A stretch of DNA of 56,085 nt, counting the filler, from Platydemus manokwari (lineage: Eukaryota): NCBI GenBank assembly GCA_037951405.1. It is 5 parts of 5 records of this genome, joined end to end, with 100 filler letters (N's around TTAATTAATTAA, not from the genome) between each part and the next. Parts side by side here need not be neighbours in the genome. Positions count along the whole stretch, not along the records: positions 1 to 10,338 come from JBBMOY011143771.1; positions 10,439 to 19,282 come from JBBMOY011340427.1; 3 more parts are not named here. The stretch is one strand, 5' to 3'. Below, piece after piece: positions 1 to 12,960 of this stretch. The notes under the pieces were generated by a model, which ran no database searches, was not told where the DNA came from, and was given only the letters and a program-made list of their open reading frames with translations. How positions within the stretch are numbered: position 1 is the first letter of the stretch; every line of letters begins with the position of its first letter. The translations under genes and the position numbers were made by a program.

Positions 1-3000
1 CCTTGTAAACATTAGAAAAAGTCAAAATATTATAAAAAAATTATAAAAGAAATATAAAATAAAATATAATTTATCGGAATGATAATTAAAGTACATAATC
101 AACATAGAGGTAAATTATAAAATGTATCCGATTGTATCAAATGACTTAATAAACCATAAACTCTATTTTTTCTTTTCAACTTTAAATATCGTTAATATTC
201 TTAATTTTTAAAAAGATTCTGATACGCCTAATTTTCAATGATCATTAAAATCATAGATTTTTATTAGAATTGTTTTATTGAATTAATTATAAGAAAATCA
301 ATATAATTTACTTATTGAAGACAAATATTAAAATATCGTCGTATATAAAATTTAACTAACGTTTAATTTATTGTTTTGAGTTGAAAATAATTTTTGATAA
401 TTATTAATTTTTTAAATGAATAAACTTTCACAGTCATTCATTAATCGAGTTGGATTTAAAATCTACAATTACTGAATAAATTCAAAAAACCAGAATAACA
501 GTACTATTCTATGCGACATAATTTTTCAAATAAATTAGCGTATTATTTCCAAAAAATATGTTATTTCAATACAAGTTTTAATAAATTAGTTTGAAGAACT
601 TTTTCACTCTAATACATCTCATTTTTTGTTATGAAATTATACGTTTATTATCTCAATAAACTTATTTAGTTATTCAATAAAAGTACAATATTTATCTCTA
701 TAAATGCCATTTATCATCAAAGCATGAAATCGGAAATCGCAAGCTGGTGATTCTCGACCCTAAATTTTTTTAAATTTTAGTTTAACTTCGAAATTTGATT
801 GCATTTAAATGTTTTATTAAATCTACACAGAATATTAATATTTCTTACAAATATTCGAATTAACAGCGACAAAGGAATTTTAAAAAATGGAGAAAATTCA
901 CATTTAATTGACAAGAGGGAGTATATATCAATGATAAAAGAATGTAGCCTGAAACTTCATCATGAAACAAATCCTAGGAATGGAAATTTACTTCGAAAAA
1001 TGGTGAAAGATAAACGTAAAAATATTGAATTGAAATTTCAGCATAAATAAACTTAAAATATTAAGGAACTTGTTCGAAATGATATTCAAACTATTTTCAT
1101 TATTAGTTTCAAATTGAAGAATTGAATTGAAAAATATTTCCAGATTTTGCACAATATATTATATGGAGTCCAATATACATAATGATTAATTAATGATAAG
1201 TATAATGATTTCTAATAAAAAAAATTTTAATAATTTTTGAAAATTATCAATGGTTTTTATTGCGGTATTTAAATTCCACATCTATATTTTATAAAAACTC
1301 TAAATAAAATTATTTATAATATATCATCTGCTCCTAATCGATAAACCGTGTTACAATTGTTACTGGATCCCTATACTTCTCTTTTCTTACATGGGGGTAG
1401 ATTTTGTCGAGCATATCCGAGTGCACATAAGTTGCATTCGTTACTTAAAGAAACAGTTGAAATAAAATTTTATCCAACCCTGATAATTATGGCATTCTAC
1501 GTTGTGATATTTAAATAACAATAATAATAATAATAATAAATATAATCATAATACTAGTAATAATATTCAAACTGATAATTAATAAAAACAAACAAGTATT
1601 AATTTTTTCACTCATTTTTACTAGTAATTAAGCTTCTTTATAATGATTTATGTTGCATTAACAAAACACAAGCCAAGTAGCAAGAGAAAAATAAAGAAAA
1701 CCAAGAAGAAAATTCCAATAAATACAAAATTGACAAGGTACATTGTGCAAGGAATATTACACAACGTCAATACGAGAATAAGGAAATTAATTTAGCAGTT
1801 CCTTACACGAAAACCGACTATGAAAACCGAACCAAAAACGCACGTACGAAACCATATTTAAAAAATATATGCTGGCAATATATTTTTGACACGAAAATAT
1901 ATTTCGGGAAAATTGTAATCCATTCATTAAATAAAATATGATATTTCGATATTGTTCAGTAAAATTTTCTTAAACTTATTTGGGGACCAGAGTTCCATAG
2001 TTATAAAGATGATTCTCATCGAAGAAATTAACTTATCATCATTTTTATAGTTAAACTGAGAATTCTTTTCAGAAACTAACTTGCAACCATTTGAAGCTTC
2101 ACATTTTTATTGAAATCATTATGAAACCAATTAATTATTTTTATAATTTGTACGCACAATTAAAGGATTTCTGGATAATTTAGTACTTTTTGCACGTTTT
2201 AAATAAATAAGACGCTCATAATCTGCACCATCTACCCTGTCATTTCCATATTCGGGTACCTTGGCTAGTAGGTGGTACACGTGTGAATTTTTGTCTTGGG
2301 AATAAGGATATTTAACATTTTATCTATTGAATATGATTTGTACCCGATAATCAATATTTCACCTTATTCCATTATCAATGGAAGAAGCATGTTGATAAAG
2401 ACATAAAATAATCTAAAGTAATTAATTAATTAATAGAAAATTAAACATATTTATCTCAAAATCTCTTCATATTTTATATTAAGATTACGGTGCATCTCTA
2501 AATTAATGTCGACAAAAATTATTACTAACTCTAACTATTGATTTGAAAAGAAAACAATATTATTATTTTTAAATAAAAATAACAATTCATAAAAAAATTT
2601 ATCGTTTATCAAAAAACAATCACTCAAAAACTAAACTATGCCAAAAAGTAATTACAAGGCAGTTTCAAATTTCTTTAAAAAATAACGTTTCTATAAATAA
2701 TCCTGAAAGGTATGTCAACAATTTATCCTTGATTCATTAAATGGAATTATGATAACCAAGATGGGAATTGAAAAGCTACTGTATTTATACAATCGAGCCC
2801 GCTTTAATCGTATTTTTGATTATCTCGAGCTATTATTACTGATATGTACATGTGTACGTATTGATTTGTTTTACATATTATTGAGATTCACTGTCAGTAC
2901 GTAGTTTTTTTGAAAATTTAATAATAATGTTATTCAATTGTAATTACAAATCTAATAATTAGTGTGTTTTAAAAATTATATAATTGATGTTTTATTTATT

Positions 3001-3230
3001 TTTTAAATCTGTGATTGGTTTAGAAATATTACAGAAGTACACTTTCATGATCGTTTCATCCATTCATAATTTCTTAAAAAGCCAAGTTGCAGACTAACAC
3101 GTATGATGAAAAATATAAGATCATCAAGTTTGTTGAAGAATATGACGAAGAAAGATGCTGCTGCTTTCGAAGAAGCAGAGATCAATTATTGAATGACTTG
3201 AAATAAATAAATTATTGTAACTTAGCGATT

Positions 3231-3280
3231 TTGTTTGTTTGTTTGTTTGTTTGTTTGTTTGTTTGTTTGTTTGTTTGTTT
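3231..3280. repeat. (GTTT)n microsatellite
   Basis: About 12 tandem GTTT/TTTG units read directly. Confidence 0.95.
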
Positions 3281-4257
3281 CCTTTATAGTTTCGAATTAT
3301 GTATCAATCCTCTTTGTGAGGAAAATAGCAACTAAAATTACCAACTATCCGGCTAACCAGAATTGGTTAAGTGCTACATAAACCACTGTCATAACGATAG
3401 AATGAAGTCATCTTTTTCATTTTGTTAAATAAATAATAATAAAATAACCTTTTTCATATAAATCGTACTTGACATAAATCATATTCCAATCAAATCCGAC
3501 TTAAGTAACTATGACTGCATATATTTTCAGAAATAAATATCGAAAAAGAAATGCATATAAATCATTTTAATGCACGATATATGTTACAATATATCTAATT
3601 GGACTTCAGAAAAAAGGAGAACCGATAATCTAGTCCAGCCATCACACTAAGTATTTTAAAAAGATTTACAATTTGCAGAATATTATTGAAACATTATTTT
3701 AATGGATGTACAAAATTGTCCGAAGTTAACAAAATCATGGAGATCTGGCCGTTATATAACACAAAAAATCTTGACCTCACACGAGCTAACATTTTAATTT
3801 CAAATTCAATCAAAAAAATTTAATTTTGAATAAAATGCAATGAAATTCCATTAACCTACTGATGAGAGAAAAGCAGAAAAAATTATTTATGCTCATACCC
3901 TGATCATTATTTCAGAGATGTAAACTTACAAAACAACGGTTGACACACGAAACATTATTGAATAATAAATGTGCAAAATTGTTTAGAAATCATGGAATTG
4001 TTTTTGCTTGAAGTTCACAAGCATTTGGAAAAGTACAGAAAATGATCACAATGACCAAATTTATGATCAGCGCAAAATTAATGAAAGCATTATTTTGTGC
4101 GAAACTATTTAATCACTTCTGAGATAATGTATAATACAATCATATTAAGTATAAGTGGATGAGTGAACAATTTGACATGGAAATGATTGAAACAAGTTAA
4201 TATTTACAATTTCATATTTACAGCAATGACCAAATAACTCAATGCTTTTAAACATAC

Positions 4258-4510
4258 CATCTTTAGAATATTTAAATTTCTTGATTAATTTTATGCAATT
4301 TTCTAATCCAGCAAAAATAGTGTATTCGCCTTTAAAAGGATTTTTACGAAAGTATAAATCAAAAACCGCTATATCATGAGTTTTTCCAGATTTCCAATAA
4401 GCATAAGCCATTGTTATTTGATAAAAATCTTAATTTACAATATTTTAACAACATTAATAATCCTTAAATGTCAAACCTGTAAGTAAAGGTTGAATATAAT
4501 TATCCTCCAT
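4258..4510 (-). CDS. NAPRT: Nicotinate phosphoribosyltransferase, first two exons only (4510-4477, 4428-4258)
   Basis: Splicing a 48-nt GT-AG intron (4476-4429) gives [58 protein letters not shown], the conserved eukaryotic NAPRT N-terminus (LLTDxYQxTM, FRKNPF, FAGL). The exon ends at a GTATGT donor at 4257. I did not recognise any downstream exons. Confidence 0.9.
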
Positions 4511-4833
4511 TAATAGTTAATAAGACACGAAATATTAAAATAAAATATCTAAATTGATGATCATATTGAATTATTAAAACAAGACTATATAAAATAATGG
4601 CATTGAAATACAACATAAAAATGTTTATTGATATAAAAAGCATTTTATGCTTTGACAATATCAATGTTACAGAATTCTGTAGAGTTGACATAGTCGAAAA
4701 TGTCTCGAGTAATTTAAGAGCATATCAGTATAAACATCGATGATTTAACATTACGATAGAAAATTGCTCAAGTCTGCTAATTTTACAACAAAATAATTTC
4801 TAAAAACTAAAAGAAATGGCAAATATCGATGTT

Positions 4834-7800
4834 CTAGGAAAAATAAGTACAAGTTTGATCGGTGTCGAAATCTAGAAAAAGATCGTCATTAATTTCATTG
4901 TTGTCATTTTGTTCATCGTGGTCAATTGTTATCGGTTTGGAGGTGAATTCTGATTCAAAATATTTCGTATCTGCCAAATTGTCCTAAAATGGTTAGTGTT
5001 AATACTATCACGATTAATCTTAATTAGAAACAAAAAATACAATATTCAAAAGCATTAAATAACATAAGAATCCATTTGAAAACTCACCAATTCAGGGACA
5101 AAGGGACATTGAGCTTGTCTTGAGAAAAGTTTGTCCCAATCAATATCTCGAAAAAATGGGTGCATTTTTACTTTTTCCGAACCATTTTCGCCATAACCCA
5201 ATCTTTTTTCTGGCTTTTGTTGTAACAATCGCATCACAATCGAAAGAGCATCTGGTGAAAGATCCTTCTCGTCTGGTGTTGTATGAATGATATTGTTGAA
5301 TATTTCATCGTCCTCATCGCCAGGAAACGGAGATTCCCCGATAATCATTTCATAAATCAAGACTCCCAAAGCCCACCAATCGATAGCTCGAGTATACTTT
5401 TGAAAAGAGATAATCTCCGGAGCCAGGAATTCTGGTGTACCGCAAAATGTGGTCGTATAATCATTCCATTTCATGTTCTCTTTACTCAAACCAAAATCAG
5501 TTAGTTTAGCATAACCCATGCTATCCATAAGGACATTGTCAAGTTTGAGATCTCTAGAAAACATAATTTAAAATCGATTCATGGACATTAATCGATAGTG
5601 ACCTGTAGATGATATCTCTGCTATGAAGAAATTCGAATGCTAAAACAATACATGCAGTGTAGAAGGCAGCAACATCCTCTGGGAAAGGTTCCTTGTGAAT
5701 ATGACCCATTAAGTCTCCTCCTGATGCATATTCCATGGCAAAGAGAAGATAGTTCTGCATAGATAATATCAAGAATATCCGGAAAAATCATAAAGACAAC
5801 ACATCACTTACATCAGTTTGAAAACAACCAATCAAGCCCACAAGGAACGGATGATGAGAATCTCTGATCATCATAAGAATTCTTCGTTCGGCAAGCAAAC
5901 TATCATATTCGGCTTCGGTGCTAGCTCTACTCTTCTGAATGCTCTTAAGAGCACATAGAAATCCTTTGTCGATATTCCTAGCTAAAAGAACCTTTCCAAA
6001 ATGACCCTGTCCAAGCACACATAATAATTCGAAATCATCAATGGACATCTAGAATGATATGAAAATAATATTGAAACCAAGGAAACAATGATAATTACTC
6101 GTTTGTATAAAAACTGCTCCTCTATTAAACTTTCACTCTCCTCATCCAGCAATGACTTTTCCGATAAATTATGATCGTGAATGTCAATGCTTTGTTTGGT
6201 TGATTGCATATACACACTACTGTTTTCACTCCGATATGACGATTGGTCACAATTGGCACCCCAATCTCGATAAGCCGCTTTCTCGTTGGTGAACTTTTGG
6301 GAAATTAATATGAGATTATTTTTCAATTATCAAGTTACCATGACAGAGTTGTCGCGTGGTTTCTGTCCACTGATGAGCTTGCACACCTGTGGATTTTAGC
6401 AGAATCACATAAGCTTTAAAACAGATTTCTTACCGGTATTTTCCTCAGATCGGGAGAACATGCGTACGGAACCAATTCTCGGCTTTCATCTATACTCAAG
6501 TGATTCAACAAGACACTTTTTGACAATATATTGACTTCTCGAAAATCATCACGATCTTCCTCGTCGTCCGACACGTAATTAGAAATTAAAGATTCAGATT
6601 TCTTCAATCCTGAATATCAGAACAAATAAACCACTTGATTGTATAACATAGTGAAGCTAACGGAAAGAACTGGGCTCAGGCTCATTAGTCAATTCGATAT
6701 TACTCCTGGTCATTGATTTACTCCTCAACAAATTACTTTTCAATTCCTCACTATCTTCCAAGATGTTGCTCACACGCGAATGGTCGACCGATTTCTTGAT
6801 ATTGTAATATTTGTTTGTGCTTCGCGATATGGGCACCAAAGGCTTTGTTGATTGTTTCGGAGTTTTATTACAGGCAGGTGATTGGTTTTTGTGTCGAGGC
6901 GTTGTATTAAACATGTTAGGTTGGAACTTACCTCTAATAGGCGTCGATACTATTGCCGAGTGAAAAGCATTAACAGAAAACGACGGTGTGAGATGCAAAG
7001 ATTGCAGTTTTTCTTGACATTGCGGAACAGATTCCTTGTCAAAACAGATAAATTTACATACTGCTCTTGGATTAATTTGATTAATTTTCGGTGTCATTTT
7101 AATTGGCAATGGTGATTGTGACATGGGTCGATAGCTGTCATTGAATGTTTTCTTCGAGAGATTGGAAGTCTTGCAGGGTGTGATAACGATTTTCTGTTTA
7201 TTAAGACCGAGAGTCTGTATGATTAATAATAATTAAAAAGCAATACCATGACACAATCATTTGATGCTAACAACAATATTTGAAAATTTTTTTCAACACC
7301 AACACAAAAACTCCAAAATTCCAAACAAATATCTCCGAAAAATGAAACAACTGACTTTCACAACAAATCGTCTGACGGTTCTGCACAAACCTCCACTCTT
7401 TATCGTATGAAGAAATTGTTTTATCAATAACTATAAACACTAAAATCAAGTGTGTCTGGCATGATTATTAAAAAAAACAAAATAAAAATAATTGGAAACG
7501 ATTGTGGGATATGGCTGCATTATTTATATCAGTTTTATTGAAATGGGAGGGGCACGAACAATTTTTGAGGGTCTCAAAGAAATTTCATTTCCGACAAACT
7601 TATATTAAGACAAAATATTGATCGAATTTTGAAGATCTGGAATTAGTTCCCAGACCAGCCATCACCAAAATAGAGCCAACATTTGATATTTTATGGTAGA
7701 ATATGCAAAATCGTTGTTAATATTAAAGATATTTTAATTTTTACTTTATTATTTTTATTGTAGTCCCTAGGAGTCGCGATAAAATTTGGTCACGTCAAGT

Positions 7801-10338
7801 GGGTGGCAACATAAAAAGTGTGATGACCACTGATTGAGATCATATAAATCAATAAGCATCAATTGCAATTATAACCCAAAAATAACTTCAATAATAATAA
7901 GTGCTCATTATTATGAGATATTTGTACACGTTTGACTGATATGAAAACATGAAGAAATAATCTTATCACAAATTGTATAACAAATATCAATAACTGTTAA
8001 ACAAATTAGATAATTTTTAAGCAAATTTTACTAAAAATGCCAATAAAAAGCGAGTTTATAAAATGATAGAATAAATAAATGTGATGATTTTAATTATCCA
8101 ATCGAAATGGATTGTTTTAAATGCTATTTGAAGGGGTTCCAGTGTTTAGATAATAAATATCGATTGATGATATCGAATATCATTGATTGACGTGATGATG
8201 TAATGACGTAATGATGGGATTGAATGTATCAGTAACGATTTGTATTGATATGGATTATTATGGCGCTGCCATTCAAAACAGAATGAATGATCTTGATATC
8301 ACATAACGGACAAAACGAGTTTAAACTATGACAAATCTCTCTCTCTCACCCTCCAAACATGGAAAATATCATCACATTTAACACAAATCGATGTACTTTA
8401 TTCTCTTTGTCGTCCATTATTATCTTCTCTTCTGGTTCAATAGGAATAGCCAGTCGATCAATGTGATTTTGAAACCAATCCGTCCATACCGATACCGGTA
8501 CATTTGCTTCAATATGACGAGCAAGCCGATAACCTAGGAGATAAGATTTTTAATCCAAACCATTCCAATGGATAAAACTAATGCCAAATTACCTCCGATT
8601 TTGGTGAAAATATTTGCCCGCCGTTTCACACCGAATTTTTTGTATACCTCCGAAGCAAACGGTTTGTTTTCTTTGTTGAGATCGTTTTGTATGTCAAATG
8701 GATCACATTTTTGAGCTGGCTCGAACTGAACTCGACACATAACGAAACCGTCGGGTTCCAGAGATATGGTGATCGAATCACCACAATTGCTTTTATCATT
8801 CTCCAACAATGAACACAATGGCACTATGGCAACAGCTACGATCCGATCATGTCCTCCTTGTTTAGAAGCAGCCTCCCAAACCTGAATCTCGATGTCTTTC
8901 ACCTTATTGATGCATAAATCGCCCGAAATAGACAATGCTGAATGACTCCAGCTGGAAAATATTGATTTGTCCTTGATGATAACAACACATCGACGTTTGT
9001 ATTTGCCTGTGGAACAATAATCCATAATTAAATATCTAATATCAACTTACTACTTGAATCAGTATTGAATTGATCCACTGTCAATCGAGGGGAATTTTCT
9101 TTCAACATCTTATCAAGGTAGTCCGCCTCGTAAAGACCCTACAAAACATCACTATTAATACGATTTTATAAAGGGGCCCTTGCAGACTCCTGTCAAGCGT
9201 GTATTCTGTTTAAACCAGTCCAACGCATTGAAGCTGCAAGTGACGCCAATTATCATCTTTTACCATAAAGGAGTGCAAACTGAATTTTAATAATCCTGTA
9301 TATCGTTTCGAAACAGTCTCATCCATTGAGCTGAGCTTACAAAAACAGAACTGGTCGGTTTTCTTGGACAAATCTTTCTCCTGGGCACAAATCTCACAAT
9401 TTTTGTTAATAGTCTTCATGAGGCTACCTATACCAGAATCAATGTTTTCAAGCAACATGCTTGTGATATAGTCGAGATTCAAGCCAGTATTATTGATTGA
9501 CGTATTGTCACGCAAGATAAGCTTCAATGATAAGATAAACAACTTTTTCTTTTCGATAGCATAAGTTTTCTCTTGCACGAACTACAGCAAAAATAGCGAA
9601 ATCACTAAATTCACGAATAATTCAGACACATACTTGATTGATATCTTTACGTTTGTAATATTTTTTGATTCCGTATGCAACCGACTTGTTAATCGAAGCC
9701 AAATAAGCGCTCTCAATATGAATGCGATTGAAAAGAAAACTAATTTTATGGGTTATTCCAATGGTTTCAGGACCTAGTTTCAATTTCTAGATATTGCATA
9801 TATAAGCATATAAATTAAGTGGCATAGAAACAATCCCAAATATAAAAATAAACTAGTTATTTCAGATATTATCTTCAACCTAAAATTTTATCAAAAGTAT
9901 AAAAACTGAAAACCATGATTACTTTCCGAAAATATCGTCAGGAAAATTAATTTTAAAAGTGTGAGTAGAATTTAAAATTAAATTAAGTATTTAAATTTAA
10001 TTAAAAATTTGATAAAATTAATAATAAACAATCAATAATAAAGTACCATATCACATATGTTGAGGGCATTCCAATTTCGACATTCTAAATAATTGTTCAG
10101 ATTCATAATCAAATAAATGTAAAAAAACCTTTAGTGTTCATTGTATTAATATAATTCTCCAAAGTCTTTAATAAGTTTAATAAAGGCATAATCTCTTCCA
10201 GGTGATGTTTGGATTTTAGATTAGAAATAACATTTACCATTTGACCTTTGATGATAGTCAATTCTTTGGATTTATGATCGGCCTTAAAGATTCTCTTATT
10301 ACCGTTCGGTAAATAAATACTAATAAAGTACCTCCTGT
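4834..10338 (-). CDS. PKN: Protein kinase N (PKN/PRK)-family AGC Ser/Thr kinase, multi-exon, 5' end apparently cut by the contig edge
   Basis: Kinase exons 6048-5812, 5754-5603, 5553-5088 and 4983-4834 splice in frame at GT-AG introns. Motifs: LGQGHFGKVLL, HPFLVGL, FAMEYASGGDLM, YRDLKLDN, DFG, TFCGTPEFLAPE, DWWALGVLIYEM, GESPFPGDED, and a PKN-type acidic hydrophobic motif FLDFD. Upstream lie a C2-like exon (9025-8590) and an HR1-like helical exon (about 9775-9635, FNRIHIESAYLASINK). Upstream exon boundaries are less certain. Confidence 0.9.
7540..7832. mobile_element. Degenerate hAT (Charlie-like) non-autonomous element end inside the long PKN intron
   Basis: Ends in GGAGTCGCGA...AAGTGGGTGGCAAC...AAAAAGTGTGATGACCACTG, which resembles the typical hAT-Charlie terminus (...AAAAAGxTTGxGAACCACTG). 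The other end was not found. Confidence 0.45.
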
Positions 10339-10438
10339 NNNNNNNNNNNNNNNNNNNNNNNNNNNNNNNNNNNNNNNNNNNNTTAATTAATTAANNNNNN
10401 NNNNNNNNNNNNNNNNNNNNNNNNNNNNNNNNNNNNNN
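10339..10438. other. Artificial contig linker (N44-TTAATTAATTAA-N44)
   Basis: 100-nt spacer with a six-frame stop motif, identical in design to the other three. Confidence 0.98.
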
Positions 10439-11789
10439 TGTATTTGTTTAAATACTATATATTTGTACAATCTTTTGAATTAATAAATATTAATATTTAC
10501 TAATCTTTATCACAACTTGAAATAAAATTAAAATTATACAAATAAGCACGAATAATAAAATAATAAGTGCCAGGTTATAAATAATAAAAGTTAGAGTTAA
10601 ATAATCACAAATAGAATTTGAATAGAATCACAAATTTTCTGATACAAATATTTAAATGAAACATAGAATACTGGATGGCGTTGGATTCGAAGGTCATCAT
10701 TATTTGGTTAGGAATTGAAATTCGTAGATCGCATTAGTTGACTTCAGTTGACTGCATGCATCCAAGCCAGTGCTCCAGTTCTTCTTACTCAGGTTTTTTT
10801 CTTCTCTTCTCAGTCTTTTTCATGCTGGACCACCGTTGACAAGTATTATTTGTCTGATTTTAATTTTTCGATTATTTATTTATCAGACAATGTTTCTTCA
10901 TTGTGGTCTGATATTTTGCCATCCCTAAGTCATTATTTTTTTCTTCTATGCACCGTATGAGCTAATGGTAATGAGTATTTCTTTCGTCCTCTGGTGCACT
11001 CTCAATTTCCTCATCATCTGAGTAGAACACAAGTCTGCATATATTCTCCAAAAATTTCTCCGGGTGTCTATTAAGAGAGGCGGCTATGCTTATTCATCTT
11101 TCTTTACTGGTAGTGGCAGCTGGATCGGGATATCTGTTTCTTTATTTTTCTTGATTTAGTTTTTGGTTGTAGGAACCCTTAGTTTTTCTACTCATCTAGT
11201 CTCTTTGTATCCAATCTCTTACCTAGATATTTCAATTTGTAATATTTCAATTGTTTTTCAGTCAAATGTGCATTCACTACACATTCTTCCTGATGTAATA
11301 TCTATTTTAATAGTTCTGTTTATGCTTATGATTTCCATTATTTATTTTTGTCATGGTATTGCTGAACAAGTAATTATTAGATGGTAGCAGTATAACAAGC
11401 TAATAAATAAATGATGACTGAATATTGACTTCTGTATTGGTAAGGTTAGAAAATCAGTGTCATTCAGAAATGTTTTTGGAAATAGTTTAGTAGTGATATA
11501 TTAAGCATATGAAGATGCATAAAGTGCCACGTATGATTGCCATTAAAGTTATGATAGATTATGTAATCGAACATGGCCTTTCAATTAATAACACGAACTA
11601 AAAGGTTTAAATTATTCTTCATTAGCCTTCTGTTCAAAATGAATAGACAATAGATCAATCAATCATTTGCTGCTTACATTTATCAAGGATCAGTCGCGTT
11701 TTGAAATCGGAATCATTCATATGAAAATGAATTTTGTTATAGTCATGCTCTGGCAATTATCCAATTTTAGAATAATGGATTACTTTGCC

Positions 11790-12960
11790 CTTCCATATCC
11801 ACCATCTTTTTGTTAGGAATGTACAAGGCAATTTCAAACTCCTTTTATGAAATCAATTTAATGGAATCAATTTCTACGTTAGTCTTTAGCCAGTAGCCTC
11901 GATCAATGCTGAAGTTTATTAAGTTTATTATTACCTCATTACAGCTGTCTTTTTTACAAGGTAGCGTAATACAAGCATGCTTTGTGGTTTAATCTCAAAA
12001 TTGCGTTATCCTCCCTAAATTTAATTCACTGGCTCTATTTAAGCATTTGTCATATAAGATTACATTGAAATAGATGTGTTCGGTGACATCAGTAAAATTT
12101 GGTTGAAATAATCTTATAAAAATTACTACCAAAAGCTGAGTAATTCATATTGTCCGAAACCGGAGATCAATTATCAATCAATTATCAATTATAATTTGAC
12201 TGGCTTTAATTGTTTATAAATTAGTCTGATTTTACTCTATTCGCAAATATACAGGATATTTGATAAAATTTTAGTTAATAAATTATTGGTAAATGCTGTG
12301 CAAATCTCAATTGTTGTACCTCTACAAAAATAGGAGACTAGAAAGATTAAACTTCTGGACATTACTCTAGGATTGGTCTTGAGAATTGGTTTTAAGTTTA
12401 TCGCAACCTGCTCTTCATAAGGGTACCTGAAAATGAGATATGATATATGTTGACAGCTTAGTTTTTGGGATTTCGATTGAATGTGTTATAAAATCTCAAC
12501 TTCCATTTTTTCACCATCAAGATGTTTGAAATTAAAAAAACTAGATATTAAATAATATGTTCAGGTGAAGTCTGGTTTTTGTTAGTTGTTTCAATTTTAC
12601 GAATTTACCAGGAATTTTTTTGTCCAAGCCGCTATCAACAAATGGCTGAATAATAATACTGCCTTAAGGGTTACGACTTTTAGAAATCTGTGTAGCATAG
12701 AAACAGTCATAGGTCCACAATCGATTTCATTGCCCCAAAACTTCGTATTAAGCTATTGATAATTAACAATTTAAATAGTTTCGATACAGCCTTTAAGAAG
12801 TTCATCATTCACAGTGCAACAGCCTTCATAAAATTTGGGTTTCAAATAAGGACCATTTCATATTAGAAGAAAGGCCAATATATAGAGGATAATATTGGTT
12901 AAAACCTGTTCTCTGCATTCTAGCTTTCAGTTGGTATTAAAGTGTTTTTTCATTTCTGCA
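11790..12960 (-). mobile_element. Decayed R2/NeSL-like non-LTR retrotransposon with a Ulp1/C48-protease-like segment
   Basis: Minus-strand motifs in the expected order: YPLYIGLSSNMKWSL...GNEIDCGP (12960-12711); RT domain 1-2-like SKIRLIYK (12236-12213) and DN*SPVS...SNFIRLF; thumb-like EIKPQSMLVLRYLV (about 11990) and LYIP/DGGYG (11826-11792, frameshifted). Many stops and internal deletions. Confidence 0.55.

Noticed and set aside
4500-4691. ORF MSTLQNSV... as the NAPRT first exon
   Set aside because: It does not splice in frame to the NAPRT exon using the visible acceptor, and the ATG at 4510 already gives a complete N-terminus.
5283-7115. Plus-strand ORFs 5283-5504 and 6882-7115
   Set aside because: They are antisense shadows of PKN exons with no recognisable motifs.
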